From positions 1-55,616 of the forward strand of contig JAJRUD010000116.1 of assembly GCA_024277995.1 (NCBI GenBank): a stretch of 55,616 nt of DNA, given 5' to 3'. Source of the DNA: Chloroflexota bacterium (GTDB lineage Bacteria; Chloroflexota; Anaerolineae; Anaerolineales; E44-bin32). The position numbers were made by a program, and so were the translations under genes. Shown piece by piece: positions 40,247-49,377 of the stretch (its first letter is position 1; every line of letters starts with the position of its first letter). A model generated the notes under the pieces. The model ran no database searches. It saw nothing but the letters and a program-made list of their open reading frames with translations, and had not been told where the DNA came from.

Positions 40247-41032
40247 ATGACCGTGGCATCGGTGTGGCTTCGCCAACAGGCCCCAATGGTGATCGGCCAC
40301 CGTGGGGCCTGTAAGCGTGCGCCGGAGAACACCATGGCCGCATTTCGCCTGGCGGCGGAGACGGGCGCCGATGCCATCGAGTTCGACGTCAAGCTGACCG
40401 CCGACGGCCACGTGGTGGTCATGCATGATCAGACCCTGGATCGGACCACCAACGGCTCAGGGCCAGTCCATGCATCAACGCTGGCAGAGATCAAGAGGCT
40501 GGACGCGGGGGCTCACTTCAGCGAAAGCTATGCCGGCGAAACGGTCCCCACGCTGGACGAGGTCCTCGACGAGCTAGGCGAGCAGCTCCTGCTCAATATC
40601 GAGATGACGAACTATGCCAGGCTCTGGGATCGGCTTCCAGAGAGCGTCGTGAGGCTGGTGCGCGAGCGTCGGCTGCAGGATCGAGTGCTGCTCTCATCGT
40701 TCAACCCGATTGCCCTTTTGAAGGCGGCACGAATTGCGCCGGAGATTCCCAGGGGGCTGTTGGTGATGCCGAGTGAGCCGCGCCCGGTGCGGGCTGGGTT
40801 GGCCAGGGTGGTTCGACGCGAGGCGCTCAACCCACACGACGCGCTGGTCAATGCACGTATGATCAGGACCGAGCATGGCAAGAAACGACACGTGTATGTC
40901 TGGACCGTGAACGACGGGGGACGCGCGCGGGAGCTGTTGACGATGGGCGTCGATGGGATAATCACGGATGTACCGGACGTGATTCGAGCGAAGGTTGACG
41001 CTTGGGTTGAAAGTCGGGACGGGGAGCAGTGA
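40247..41032 (+). CDS. Glycerophosphodiester phosphodiesterase (GDPD, UgpQ-like)
   Basis: GHRGA, PENT, IEFDV, HDQTLDRTT, WTVN, GIITD. Confidence 0.93.
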   Translation: MTVASVWLRQQAPMVIGHRGACKRAPENTMAAFRLAAETGADAIEFDVKLTADGHVVVMHDQTLDRTTNGSGPVHASTLAEIKRLDAGAHFSESYAGETVPTLDEVLDELGEQLLLNIEMTNYARLWDRLPESVVRLVRERRLQDRVLLSSFNPIALLKAARIAPEIPRGLLVMPSEPRPVRAGLARVVRREALNPHDALVNARMIRTEHGKKRHVYVWTVNDGGRARELLTMGVDGIITDVPDVIRAKVDAWVESRDGEQ

Positions 41033-41068
41033 CGTTGATGGGTGTGAGCGCCGGAGGGCGAGGGAGTG

Positions 41069-41899
41069 ATGACGACGGCTGATGCATGCACGATAGACGA
41101 AATCATGTGCGTTTGCATCGCGCGCCAGGTGCGAGACGGTGAGATCGTGGCTCAGGGCCTGGCGACACCGATCGTCGCCGCGGGGTACCTGCTGGCCTGG
41201 CATACGCACGCGCCCAACCTGTACTTCGCCTCGGCCATCGGGCAGACGCTCTGCAGAGAAGGAGCGCCGCTCGGCCTGACGACGATCGAGTCTCTATGGT
41301 TGGACCGCGCCATGAACAGCTTCGGGTTTGTGCAGGCCGCGGCTGATCTGCTGCCCAGGGTGCGGCCGAAGGAATTCTTCCGCCCGGGACAGGTCGATGC
41401 CAACGGCAACTTCAATAACGTGGCGATTGGCAAGGATTATCATCGGCCCCGCCTGCGCCTGCCAGGGGTAGGTGGGATCCCGGATGTCACCGTTGTGCTG
41501 GGAGATATCTATCTCTACGTGCCGAGGCACTCACGGGTGACATTCGTCAGACATCTGGACTATCTGTCCGGGCTGGGCCATCATCCGGATCGCCGGTGGG
41601 GCCGTGGGCCGCGCTATTTGGTATCGGACCTGGGCCAATTCGATTACGAGGGCGGGCGCATGAGGCTGACGCACCTACACCCAGGCGTAAGCGTGGATCG
41701 CGTGCGGGCAAAGACGGGATTCGAGATCGGCGTCGCGTCAGACCTGAAGCAGACTCGGCCGCCCACCAAGCGGGAGCTGAGGCTGTTGCGAGAGGCCATC
41801 GACCCCTTGGGAATACGCAAGCTTGAATTCATGAGCGGATCGGCCCGCAGAGCGGCGCTGCGCCAGATCGTGGCGCGCGAGAGTGCGCGCAGCGGATAG
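41069..41899 (+). CDS. CoA-transferase family I beta-subunit homologue (GctB/IpdB-like)
   Basis: GQVDANGNFN, RLPGVGGIPD, VSDLGQFD, LHPGVSVDRVRAKTGF. Confidence 0.85.
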   Translation: MTTADACTIDEIMCVCIARQVRDGEIVAQGLATPIVAAGYLLAWHTHAPNLYFASAIGQTLCREGAPLGLTTIESLWLDRAMNSFGFVQAAADLLPRVRPKEFFRPGQVDANGNFNNVAIGKDYHRPRLRLPGVGGIPDVTVVLGDIYLYVPRHSRVTFVRHLDYLSGLGHHPDRRWGRGPRYLVSDLGQFDYEGGRMRLTHLHPGVSVDRVRAKTGFEIGVASDLKQTRPPTKRELRLLREAIDPLGIRKLEFMSGSARRAALRQIVARESARSG

Positions 41900-41996
41900 G
41901 CGCATCCATTGCTTCACGAATAGGCCCTCCCGGGCACTCGGTGCAGGTGAGAGGGGGCTTCCGTCCAGGTAAGGGAGGTGAGGTATACTCAGGTCG

Positions 41997-44765
41997 ATGC
42001 GGCGGTTTCTGCTGGTATTCGCCATAATCTCGCTCCTCTTGGGGGTCACCCACAGAAGTGGAATAGCAGCGTCGGCGGATGACACTGCGAGCGGACTTCT
42101 GGATGCCATGACGCCTGAAGAGCGCGTCGGGCAGCTCTTTCTCGTGACCTTCAAGGGGAGCGACCCCGCACCTGATGATCCAGTATTCGACCTCATCCAA
42201 GACGGGCATGTCTCCGGCATCCTCTTGACGACTGAGAATGATAATTTCGTCGGCGCGCCGGATACACTGGAAGCGACCCGGGCACTGGTGGAGCGCCTGC
42301 AGACGGAGGAGTACGAAAGTTCGTTGGAGTTTCTGCTGCAGGATCCGCTGTCGGGAGAGCCGCGGCGCCCGGTGTACGTGCCGCTGTTCATCGCGCTGAG
42401 CCAGGAGGGAGGGGGAGCGCCCTTCGCGACGATCCTGGGCGGCCTCTCCGAGGCGCCCTCGGAGATGGCCATCGGGGCCACCTGGGACCCGAATATGGCA
42501 GAAGCAGTGGGTGAAGTGCTCGGTCGTGAGCTCAAAGCCCTCGGCGTCAACATGATCCTGGCGCCATCGCTGGACGTTCTGGAAGACCCGCGCCAGGGAG
42601 TGCCGGGCGACCTGGGCGTGAGGGCTTTTGGCGGAGATCCTTTCTGGATCAGTCGCCTCGGCATGGCCTATGTACGCGGCCTGCACAAGGGGGCGCAGGA
42701 TGGGCTGGCGGTCGTGGCGAAGCATTTCCCCGGGTTGGGGAGCAGCAACAGGCCGCTGGGCGAAGAAGTAGCAACGATTCGGCGCTCGTTAGAGCAATTG
42801 AAGCAGGTCGATCTGGCACCCTTCTTCGCCGTGACGGCGAAAGCGCCGGGAGAGGCGCAGGAGGCCGTGGACGGGCTGCTGACTGCCCACATTCGCTACC
42901 AGGGTTTCCAGGGGAACATTCGGACGCAGACGCGCCCCGTCAGTCTCGACCCGACGGCGATGGATGCGCTCATGGGATTGGAGCCGCTCGCTTCATGGCG
43001 CGAGGCGGGGGGGATAATTGTCAGCGATTCGCTCGGATCGCGGGCGGTCAGGCGCTTCTACGATCCCACTGAGGTGACATTCAAGGCGCATCTGGTGGCG
43101 CGCGACGCGTTCCTGGCGGGAAACGACCTGCTCATCCTGGACGATTTTCGCGCCTCGGATGCGGCAGATGAATACGCAACCATACGCGAGACGTTGGCCT
43201 TCTTCGCCCAGAAGTATCGCGAAGACCAGGTTTTTGCCCAGCGGGTCGACGAAGCTGCCTTGCGGGTGATCAGGACGAAGCTTAGGCTTTATGGCGGAGC
43301 CTTTCTGCTCTCACGGGTCATCCCGGCCGAGGGTGGGCTCTCCTTGATTGGAAATAGCCCTGACGTCGCATTCGAAGTCGCTCGCAACGCTGCGACCCTC
43401 ATCAGTCCCCCCGCAGAAGAGCTGGCGGAGCGTCTGGGCGACCCACCAAAGCTGGGCCAGCGTGTGGTCTTCTTCACAGACTTGCGCCTTGTGCGGCAAT
43501 GTTCGACCTGCGCACCGCAAGCGAGGATCGGGTTGCGGGCCCTGGAGGAGACGGTGCTGCGGCTCTACGGTCAGCGCGGCGCCGGACAGGTTGGAGACTG
43601 GAACCTCACCTCCTTCAGTATGGCGGACCTGGCTTTTTACCTTGGAGAGGCGCCATCCGGTGTGCCGGAGACACCGCTGACGCAACCCGAAGTCCTGGAC
43701 GACGCGCTGCGGGCGGCGGATTGGCTCGTTTTCTCGACGCTGCGCTCTGATGAAGATGTCTACGGATCAAACGCCTTGAAGCTGCTGCTCAATCGCAGAC
43801 CGGATTTGGCCCGTGGAAAGCGGATCGTCGTATTCGGGCATGATGTGCCCTATGATCTCGACGCGACCGACATCAGTAAGATCGATGCGTATTACGCGCT
43901 CTATGACGCCTCACCCTCCTTCGTCGATGTGGCCGCGAGGCTCTTGTTCCAGGAGCTGACGCCGACCGGGGCCCCCCCGGTAAGTGTTCCGGGTATCGGA
44001 TATGACCTGATCAAAGCCCTCTCTCCAGATCCATCACAGGTGCTGCGGTTGCGGCTGGGTGCATCCGGGCCTGAGGCTGAGCGGGGATTGAAGGTAGGGG
44101 ACATAGTCGAACTCGAGACGGGACCCATCGTGGATCACAACGGAAACGTGGTCCCCGATGGAACACCGGTGCAGTTCCGCATAACCAGACAGGGGGACAC
44201 AGGGCCGCCGGTGATCCTGGAGGCGACCACCGTCGAGGGAATGGCGCGTGCGTCGATGACCCTGGACAGCCAGGGGGTGTTCGCGATTCGCGTCGAGGCA
44301 GATCCGGCGCGGGTTTCTGATTTGATACAGCTTACAGTCCAGGAAAGTGGACCGGGTTCGGTGGCGGTGATCCCGCCCACCTCGGTTCCCACGGTTTCGG
44401 TCAGCCCGACTTCGACAACCCATGTGGTCACGCCCACTGCGGAACGGTCGGGCGAGGCGGAGGAAAGCGTGAAGACGGGCGGCGATGGCGTGGGGCTGCT
44501 CGGGATGACCTGGGGGCTTCTGGGCCTGGCCCTTGTGGCGGGCGGCGAGATATGGTGGGCGCGGCGCAAGGCGAGGTCGCGAAGCGGCGTTCGTCCTCAG
44601 TTGATCGTCGTGGTAGGTGGATTGCTGCTGTTCAATTACTTCTCTTTGGGATTGCCAGGATCGGAGCGGGTGATCGATGGGCTGGGCGCGCTGACCGGTC
44701 TGTTGGCGACGATGGTCGGCGGGCTGACGGCGCTGCTCGTGGCAAGGTTGAGCCGCGTGCTATAG
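41997..44765 (+). CDS. GH3 (NagZ-like) protein with signal peptide, beta-rich domain, P/T-rich linker and C-terminal TMs
   Basis: MTPEERVGQLF, SQEGG, PSEMAIGAT, KHFPGLG, IVSDSL, AGNDLL. Confidence 0.85.
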   Translation: MRRFLLVFAIISLLLGVTHRSGIAASADDTASGLLDAMTPEERVGQLFLVTFKGSDPAPDDPVFDLIQDGHVSGILLTTENDNFVGAPDTLEATRALVERLQTEEYESSLEFLLQDPLSGEPRRPVYVPLFIALSQEGGGAPFATILGGLSEAPSEMAIGATWDPNMAEAVGEVLGRELKALGVNMILAPSLDVLEDPRQGVPGDLGVRAFGGDPFWISRLGMAYVRGLHKGAQDGLAVVAKHFPGLGSSNRPLGEEVATIRRSLEQLKQVDLAPFFAVTAKAPGEAQEAVDGLLTAHIRYQGFQGNIRTQTRPVSLDPTAMDALMGLEPLASWREAGGIIVSDSLGSRAVRRFYDPTEVTFKAHLVARDAFLAGNDLLILDDFRASDAADEYATIRETLAFFAQKYREDQVFAQRVDEAALRVIRTKLRLYGGAFLLSRVIPAEGGLSLIGNSPDVAFEVARNAATLISPPAEELAERLGDPPKLGQRVVFFTDLRLVRQCSTCAPQARIGLRALEETVLRLYGQRGAGQVGDWNLTSFSMADLAFYLGEAPSGVPETPLTQPEVLDDALRAADWLVFSTLRSDEDVYGSNALKLLLNRRPDLARGKRIVVFGHDVPYDLDATDISKIDAYYALYDASPSFVDVAARLLFQELTPTGAPPVSVPGIGYDLIKALSPDPSQVLRLRLGASGPEAERGLKVGDIVELETGPIVDHNGNVVPDGTPVQFRITRQGDTGPPVILEATTVEGMARASMTLDSQGVFAIRVEADPARVSDLIQLTVQESGPGSVAVIPPTSVPTVSVSPTSTTHVVTPTAERSGEAEESVKTGGDGVGLLGMTWGLLGLALVAGGEIWWARRKARSRSGVRPQLIVVVGGLLLFNYFSLGLPGSERVIDGLGALTGLLATMVGGLTALLVARLSRVL

Positions 44766-44777
44766 CCGATGGGCGGA

Positions 44778-45764
44778 TCAGCGCAGGCTTGAAGCCAGGG
44801 CGACCACCAGCAGGACGAAGGCCAGCCCGGCAAGGACTTGATCCACAGGCGAGGAAAGCCACCCGTCGAGCAAGGAAGTCACTCGGGACCGCGATTCGAG
44901 GTGGGGGAGATGCCCAGAGCCGAACAATGCCTCGCGCAGGGATGTGACGTCGGAAGGGCGATCGTCAGGGTGCAAGGCCATGGCCCAGAGAAGGGCGCGC
45001 TCCAGCCTGGGGCTGATGGCCGGGTTGAGCTCTCTGGGGGAACGCAGCGATCCCGCTTGCAAGAAGCGCTGCTTGGCCTCGACAGGTGGTGTGTTGGTAA
45101 GCAAGTGATAGAGCGTCGCACCGAAGGCGTAGATGTCGCTTCTGGCGTCGGTGTGCCCGGAATCGCCGCCGTATTGCTCCAGCGGTGTGTAGAGAGCCGT
45201 GCCTCTGCCTTGAATGACGGTGACGGTCATCTCGTCGGGGACCATTTGCTTGACGAGGCCGAAGTCAACCAGCTTGAGCAGGCCGCCAGGAGTGACTTTC
45301 AGGTTGCTGGGCTTGATATCGCGATGGATGACCGGGGGGGCCTGCGCATGCAGATATTCCAGGGCGTCGATGAGTTGGGATGCCCAGCCGAGGACCTGAT
45401 CGAGGGGCAGCAGGTGACCGGCGCGACGGGCGCGATCCATCAGGGTCTTCAGATCTTCACCGGGAACGTAGTCCATCACCAGGTAATCGCGTTCGCCCTC
45501 GGTGAAGAAATCGGAGACCTTGGGTAGATTGGGGTGATCGAGGCGGGCGAGGACCGACGCTTCGCGATAGAACTGGCTGCGTCCCTGTTCGCGGATGTTC
45601 TCGGGGAGGTCGGGGTCCTGCTGGACTTCCTTAAGAGCACAAAGCCTGCCGGGGAGGCGGTTATCCTCGGCCAGATAGATAGACCCCATGCCACCGCGGC
45701 CGATGATGCGCCTGATGACATAGCGATCGCGCAGGACCAGTCCGGGCTCAAGAGGCTCGGGCAA
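44778..45764 (-). CDS. Hanks-type Ser/Thr protein kinase with a C-terminal TM
   Basis: [32 protein letters not shown]; TTG start. Confidence 0.93.
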   Translation of the reverse strand: MPEPLEPGLVLRDRYVIRRIIGRGGMGSIYLAEDNRLPGRLCALKEVQQDPDLPENIREQGRSQFYREASVLARLDHPNLPKVSDFFTEGERDYLVMDYVPGEDLKTLMDRARRAGHLLPLDQVLGWASQLIDALEYLHAQAPPVIHRDIKPSNLKVTPGGLLKLVDFGLVKQMVPDEMTVTVIQGRGTALYTPLEQYGGDSGHTDARSDIYAFGATLYHLLTNTPPVEAKQRFLQAGSLRSPRELNPAISPRLERALLWAMALHPDDRPSDVTSLREALFGSGHLPHLESRSRVTSLLDGWLSSPVDQVLAGLAFVLLVVALASSLR

Positions 45765-45895
45765 CGCTGTCCCTCATCAATATGATCGCGGGCCAGGGAG
45801 CTGAGGTGGTGACAGGCATGGCTCTCGGCGTAGCCCCGCTCCCTGGAGGAAGGGCTTAGAGCGCCTGATTCACTCTTGCATTATACTCATTCACG

Positions 45896-46594
45896 ATGGC
45901 AAGCAAAACGACCGGGATGAGAGGGTCTGACATGGAGGTCCGCCAGGAAGATACTCCCGTCTTGGTGGCACAGACGGGCGAGCTGCGAGGAGGACGATGG
46001 CCACTCATGGGGGAGGAATTCCTGATAGGGCGCTCGCCGGATTGCGACCTGGTAGTGCCTGACCGCCAGGTATCGCGATATCACGCGCGGCTGAGGCGCG
46101 AGGGGACGGGCTTCGTGTTGGAGGATCTTGGGAGCAAGAACGGCACGCATCTGAACGGCACGCCAATTGAAGAGCCCGCACCGGTCCAGGATGGGGACGA
46201 GATCCAGATCGCACTCGCGGTCAAGCTCACTTTCTTGGGAACCGATGCGACCATCCCACTTTCCGAAGAGGATGTGACCATGATGGGGCTGGGTCGCTTG
46301 CGGATGGATCCCTTGGCACATAGGGTGTGGGTTGGCGGGGAGGAGGTGGATCCGCCGCTGTCGCCGCCGCAATATCGCCTGTTGGAGATCCTGTACCGCA
46401 ATCCGGGCCGTGTCGTACCGCGAGATGAGATCGTGGCTTACGTCTGGCCGGACAGCCGTGAGGAAGGCGTGTCCGAGCAGGCCATCGACGCCTTGGTGCG
46501 GCGCCTGCGAGAGAGATTGTTCTCTGTTGATCCCGGCCACCAATACATCCTGACGGTGAGGGGACACGGGTTCCGACTGGACAACAGGCTGTAG
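45896..46594 (+). CDS. FHA domain + OmpR-type winged-helix transcription regulator
   Basis: IGR...SRYH...SKNGT (FHA); LSPPQYRLL, VRRLRERL, TVRGHGF (Trans_reg_C). The start could be 45932. Confidence 0.9.
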   Translation: MASKTTGMRGSDMEVRQEDTPVLVAQTGELRGGRWPLMGEEFLIGRSPDCDLVVPDRQVSRYHARLRREGTGFVLEDLGSKNGTHLNGTPIEEPAPVQDGDEIQIALAVKLTFLGTDATIPLSEEDVTMMGLGRLRMDPLAHRVWVGGEEVDPPLSPPQYRLLEILYRNPGRVVPRDEIVAYVWPDSREEGVSEQAIDALVRRLRERLFSVDPGHQYILTVRGHGFRLDNRL

Positions 46595-46603
46595 GGGAAT
46601 GAC

Positions 46604-46646
46604 GAAACACTGCGGGGCACCCAGAAAGGGTGCCCCGCAGTGTTTC
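46604..46646. terminator. Terminator hairpin between the FHA gene and the tmRNA 3' end
   Basis: Perfect 19-bp stem GAAACACTGCGGGGCACCC-AGAAA-GGGTGCCCCGCAGTGTTTC. Confidence 0.88.
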
Positions 46647-47050
46647 TGGTGGAGATGGCGGGAATCGAACCCGCGTCCGAAGGTTTCTGTACGCGAACCT
46701 CTACAAGCATAGCCGGCCTATTTGGTCTCGCCGATCGCCCCCCGGCCGGCGGGGTAATGCGATCGACCAGCCACTCGGGCTTACGCCCCTTGGCCGCAGG
46801 ACGTGGCCCGCCTGCGGTGCACCCCGGCGATTTGGACGCTCCGCAGCGACCGGCCGGGGGGCGGTCTGCTGGGAACGGGTCCAGCGGCTGGCTGGACCTT
46901 TGGGCCTCACCCTACGCGCTTATGCTGCGAGGGGGAGGGCCGCAAAGTCAGTGCGGTTGGCACTTATAGGTTTTGCGCTGATTTTACGAGCTCGGCGCCT
47001 CTCGGCTTGCAGTTCGCGCTCATCCACCTCCGTCGACACCATTCATCCCC
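46647..47050 (-). ncRNA. ssrA: tmRNA; predicted tag (A)ANRTDFAALPLAA (46961-46920)
   Basis: 5' GGGGATGAATGGTGTCGAC; 3' GGACGCGGGTTCGATTCCCGCCATCTCCACCA; ATAAGT-GCC resume context; TGCTATAAT promoter; smpB nearby. Confidence 0.96.
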
Positions 47051-47161
47051 GTAGGCCCATTATAGCACATATTCCAATTCGCATAGTCACCTTCGTCCAC
47101 CCTCTATATCCTCTCTCTATCCATGATCCGATCCAAGGCTATGCGCACCGAGGGGTTTCTT

Positions 47162-47950
47162 CTACCATGTTCCTCCAGGGAAAGTATCCACCCCGGCATG
47201 CTCGCCGACGCGCTTGTACATCGTCACATCTGTAAAGGGCTTACCGAGGATGCCATCATGAATCGCCCAGCTGCGGCCACGCATGCTGTCCGCCTGAGCG
47301 GGCCTGCGGAAGGGGGAGGAGCCATCCAACTGGGCGCGCAGATCTCCGCCCGGCTGAAAGCCTACGTGAATGCGCTCCATCATGCGGCGCCCCTTCGCGT
47401 ACGCAAATCCATAGCGTTCAAATATGACTGCGTTGTGATAAGAAAGGGGCTCTACGAAGAAGAGATCGTGCCCGAGCGACGACACGAATTTCTCGAAGGC
47501 GCCTATCGCGTGACGCAGCATACGCAGGCCGCGCCGCACCTGTCCCGGAGCCAGACCAGCTTGCATGGCGGCCAGCTCGGCTGCCAGATTGCGGCGGTCA
47601 ATGCCAAAGTGCGTCGGCGTCCCATCGGGCATGCGGTCAACGTCGAAACGCGGCGATTCGGGGTCGTTGACCACGTACAGCAAGACGTGAACCTGCCCGT
47701 TCATCGTGTCCGTCAGATGAGCATAGAGAAGCGGGTCTGGCGCATCGGCCCGATGGCGCAGATCCACCACAACATCGGTTGATCCTGCCTTGCAGCGCAG
47801 CTCAAGGAGCTGCCGCCCTTCGGCGTCCACGAAGTCCTCGGAGATATTGAACCGCTCAAGGAGCTGACGCGGAATGAAACGCTTGTAGATGGCTTCCTTC
47901 TCTTCGCGAGGAAGGCGATTGATCGCGGAGATAGAAGTGGGGCTGTTCAT
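47162..47950 (-). CDS. Uncharacterised protein, probable GNAT-like fold
   Basis: 262 aa; ATGA overlap with the smpB stop; APGQVRRGL and YHNAVIFERYGF resemble GNAT motifs A and B. Confidence 0.75.
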   Translation of the reverse strand: MNSPTSISAINRLPREEKEAIYKRFIPRQLLERFNISEDFVDAEGRQLLELRCKAGSTDVVVDLRHRADAPDPLLYAHLTDTMNGQVHVLLYVVNDPESPRFDVDRMPDGTPTHFGIDRRNLAAELAAMQAGLAPGQVRRGLRMLRHAIGAFEKFVSSLGHDLFFVEPLSYHNAVIFERYGFAYAKGRRMMERIHVGFQPGGDLRAQLDGSSPFRRPAQADSMRGRSWAIHDGILGKPFTDVTMYKRVGEHAGVDTFPGGTW

Positions 47951-48414
47951 TGCCTTCCCTTTCGCGCCAGCGTCCGCTCCATCTCGCGTGCTGCTTCGCG
48001 CTTGGCCAGGTCGCGGCGCTTGTCGTATTGCTTCTTGCCGCGCGCCAACGCGATCTCTACCTTGGCGCGCCCGTTCTTGAGGTACATTCGCGTCGGCACG
48101 ATGGTGTACCCCCGCTGGCGAACCTTATCGAACAGACGCAGGATCTCCCGCTTGTGCAGCAGCAACTTGCGCGGGCGGCGCGGCTCGTGATTCATCTTGC
48201 TGGCAGGGTCATAGGTCGCGATATGTGCGTTGACCAGCCAGGCTTCGCGCCCATCGACGCGCACATATGCCTCGCGCAGGCTCACCTTGCCGGCGCGCAC
48301 CGACTTTATCTCACTCCCCTGGAGAACAATCCCCGCCTCAATCATCTCTTCCAGGTTGAAGTCGTGCCTGGCCTTGCGATTGGTCGCAATGACCTTGAAG
48401 TCCTCTTCATTCAC
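47947..48414 (-). CDS. smpB: SsrA-binding protein
   Basis: NRKARHD, GSEIKS, RKLLLHK, GKKQYDKR; GGAGG RBS before GTG 48414. Confidence 0.97.
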   Translation of the reverse strand: MNEEDFKVIATNRKARHDFNLEEMIEAGIVLQGSEIKSVRAGKVSLREAYVRVDGREAWLVNAHIATYDPASKMNHEPRRPRKLLLHKREILRLFDKVRQRGYTIVPTRMYLKNGRAKVEIALARGKKQYDKRRDLAKREAAREMERTLARKGRQ

Positions 48415-48581
48415 CGTACCGGCCTCCACGCTGCCCCGAACGTCGTAAGTCAAACACGGATGCCCTGCGCCCACGGGAACATATACGTGGCGAGCATTCC
48501 GGGTGCCCTGTAGTCTATGCAAGTCGTGCGCCCCAACCGCCGGGCTCCTTTCAAGTACAATAAGTCTACTACGCCGATACG

Positions 48582-48762
48582 AAAAACGGCGCACAAGGCG
48601 CGCCCGCCGCATGAAGGGTCTCTGCCGCCGGTTGGCAGGCACGCCGCCAGAAGGGTACCGCTCTCAACCCGGAGCTTCTGCCAGTCGGAAGTTGACGGCG
48701 CCAGAGTGCAACGCTGACCGCCACGAAGAGATGCTCGCGGGTGAGCGGGACACACCAGTCCG
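48582..48762 (-). ncRNA. Putative structured small RNA (6S-like candidate)
   Basis: TGCTACAAT at 48769-48777, long irregular self-complementarity, and a GGCGCGC-CTT-GTGCGCC-GTTTTT terminator. Confidence 0.5.
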
Positions 48763-48834
48763 AGAACGATTGTAGCATGCCTGCCGGGCCCTCAATGCAG
48801 GACTGCACAGCAGGCCGCTCCTTCGGAGACGCAT

Positions 48835-49257
48835 GTGGCCAGAATCATCCATACCGACCCTCCGGGCAGGGTCAGACGTCGCATACTTCAGTTGCTGGCT
48901 CTTGCTCTGCAGCATCTTGCCAAATGCAAGCGCCGCGAGGAAAAAGCTGACGTGCTAGCCTTCATGGTGCTCGCCCTGCGCGAGCTCGATGACACTATCG
49001 CGCGCACCGTCAGCGCTTGGGAAAAGCGAGGCTATTGGTTGAAAGCAGAGCGCTTTCGTGCAGACTGGCAATGGGTGGACTTCTTGCGCCGGCAAATCGA
49101 GGCAGCACTAGAGGCGGCGGACATCGCACGCGCCGCGGCCGCCGCAGCAGGGCTGGAATCCTACACGGCTGACGTCAAGATCCCGCGCCGGATCATGGCT
49201 TCCCGCCCTTGGGATGGCGCTTTCGATCGCTGGCGAGCTATCAGCACGGACACCTAG
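48835..49257 (+). CDS. Hypothetical protein
   Basis: GGAG RBS and GTG start; protein-like segment AWEKRGYWLKAERFRADWQW. Confidence 0.7.
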   Translation: MARIIHTDPPGRVRRRILQLLALALQHLAKCKRREEKADVLAFMVLALRELDDTIARTVSAWEKRGYWLKAERFRADWQWVDFLRRQIEAALEAADIARAAAAAAGLESYTADVKIPRRIMASRPWDGAFDRWRAISTDT

Positions 49258-49377
49258 GCAATCGCGACCGCGCGGCTCCCGCTGTGGCCGACACGATTTC
49301 CTCTCGCCTGCCTGCACCTGTATAATCGCTGCGTAACTGTCCGCAGATATGAATGGCCTACATGGGGGCCTGACGGA

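Noticed and set aside
48650-48672. T-box or TPP riboswitch resemblance (GGGTTGAGAGCGGTACCCTT, minus strand)
   Set aside because: It has CGGU rather than the UGGN bulge, no specifier stem, and lacks the downstream TPP CUGAU core.
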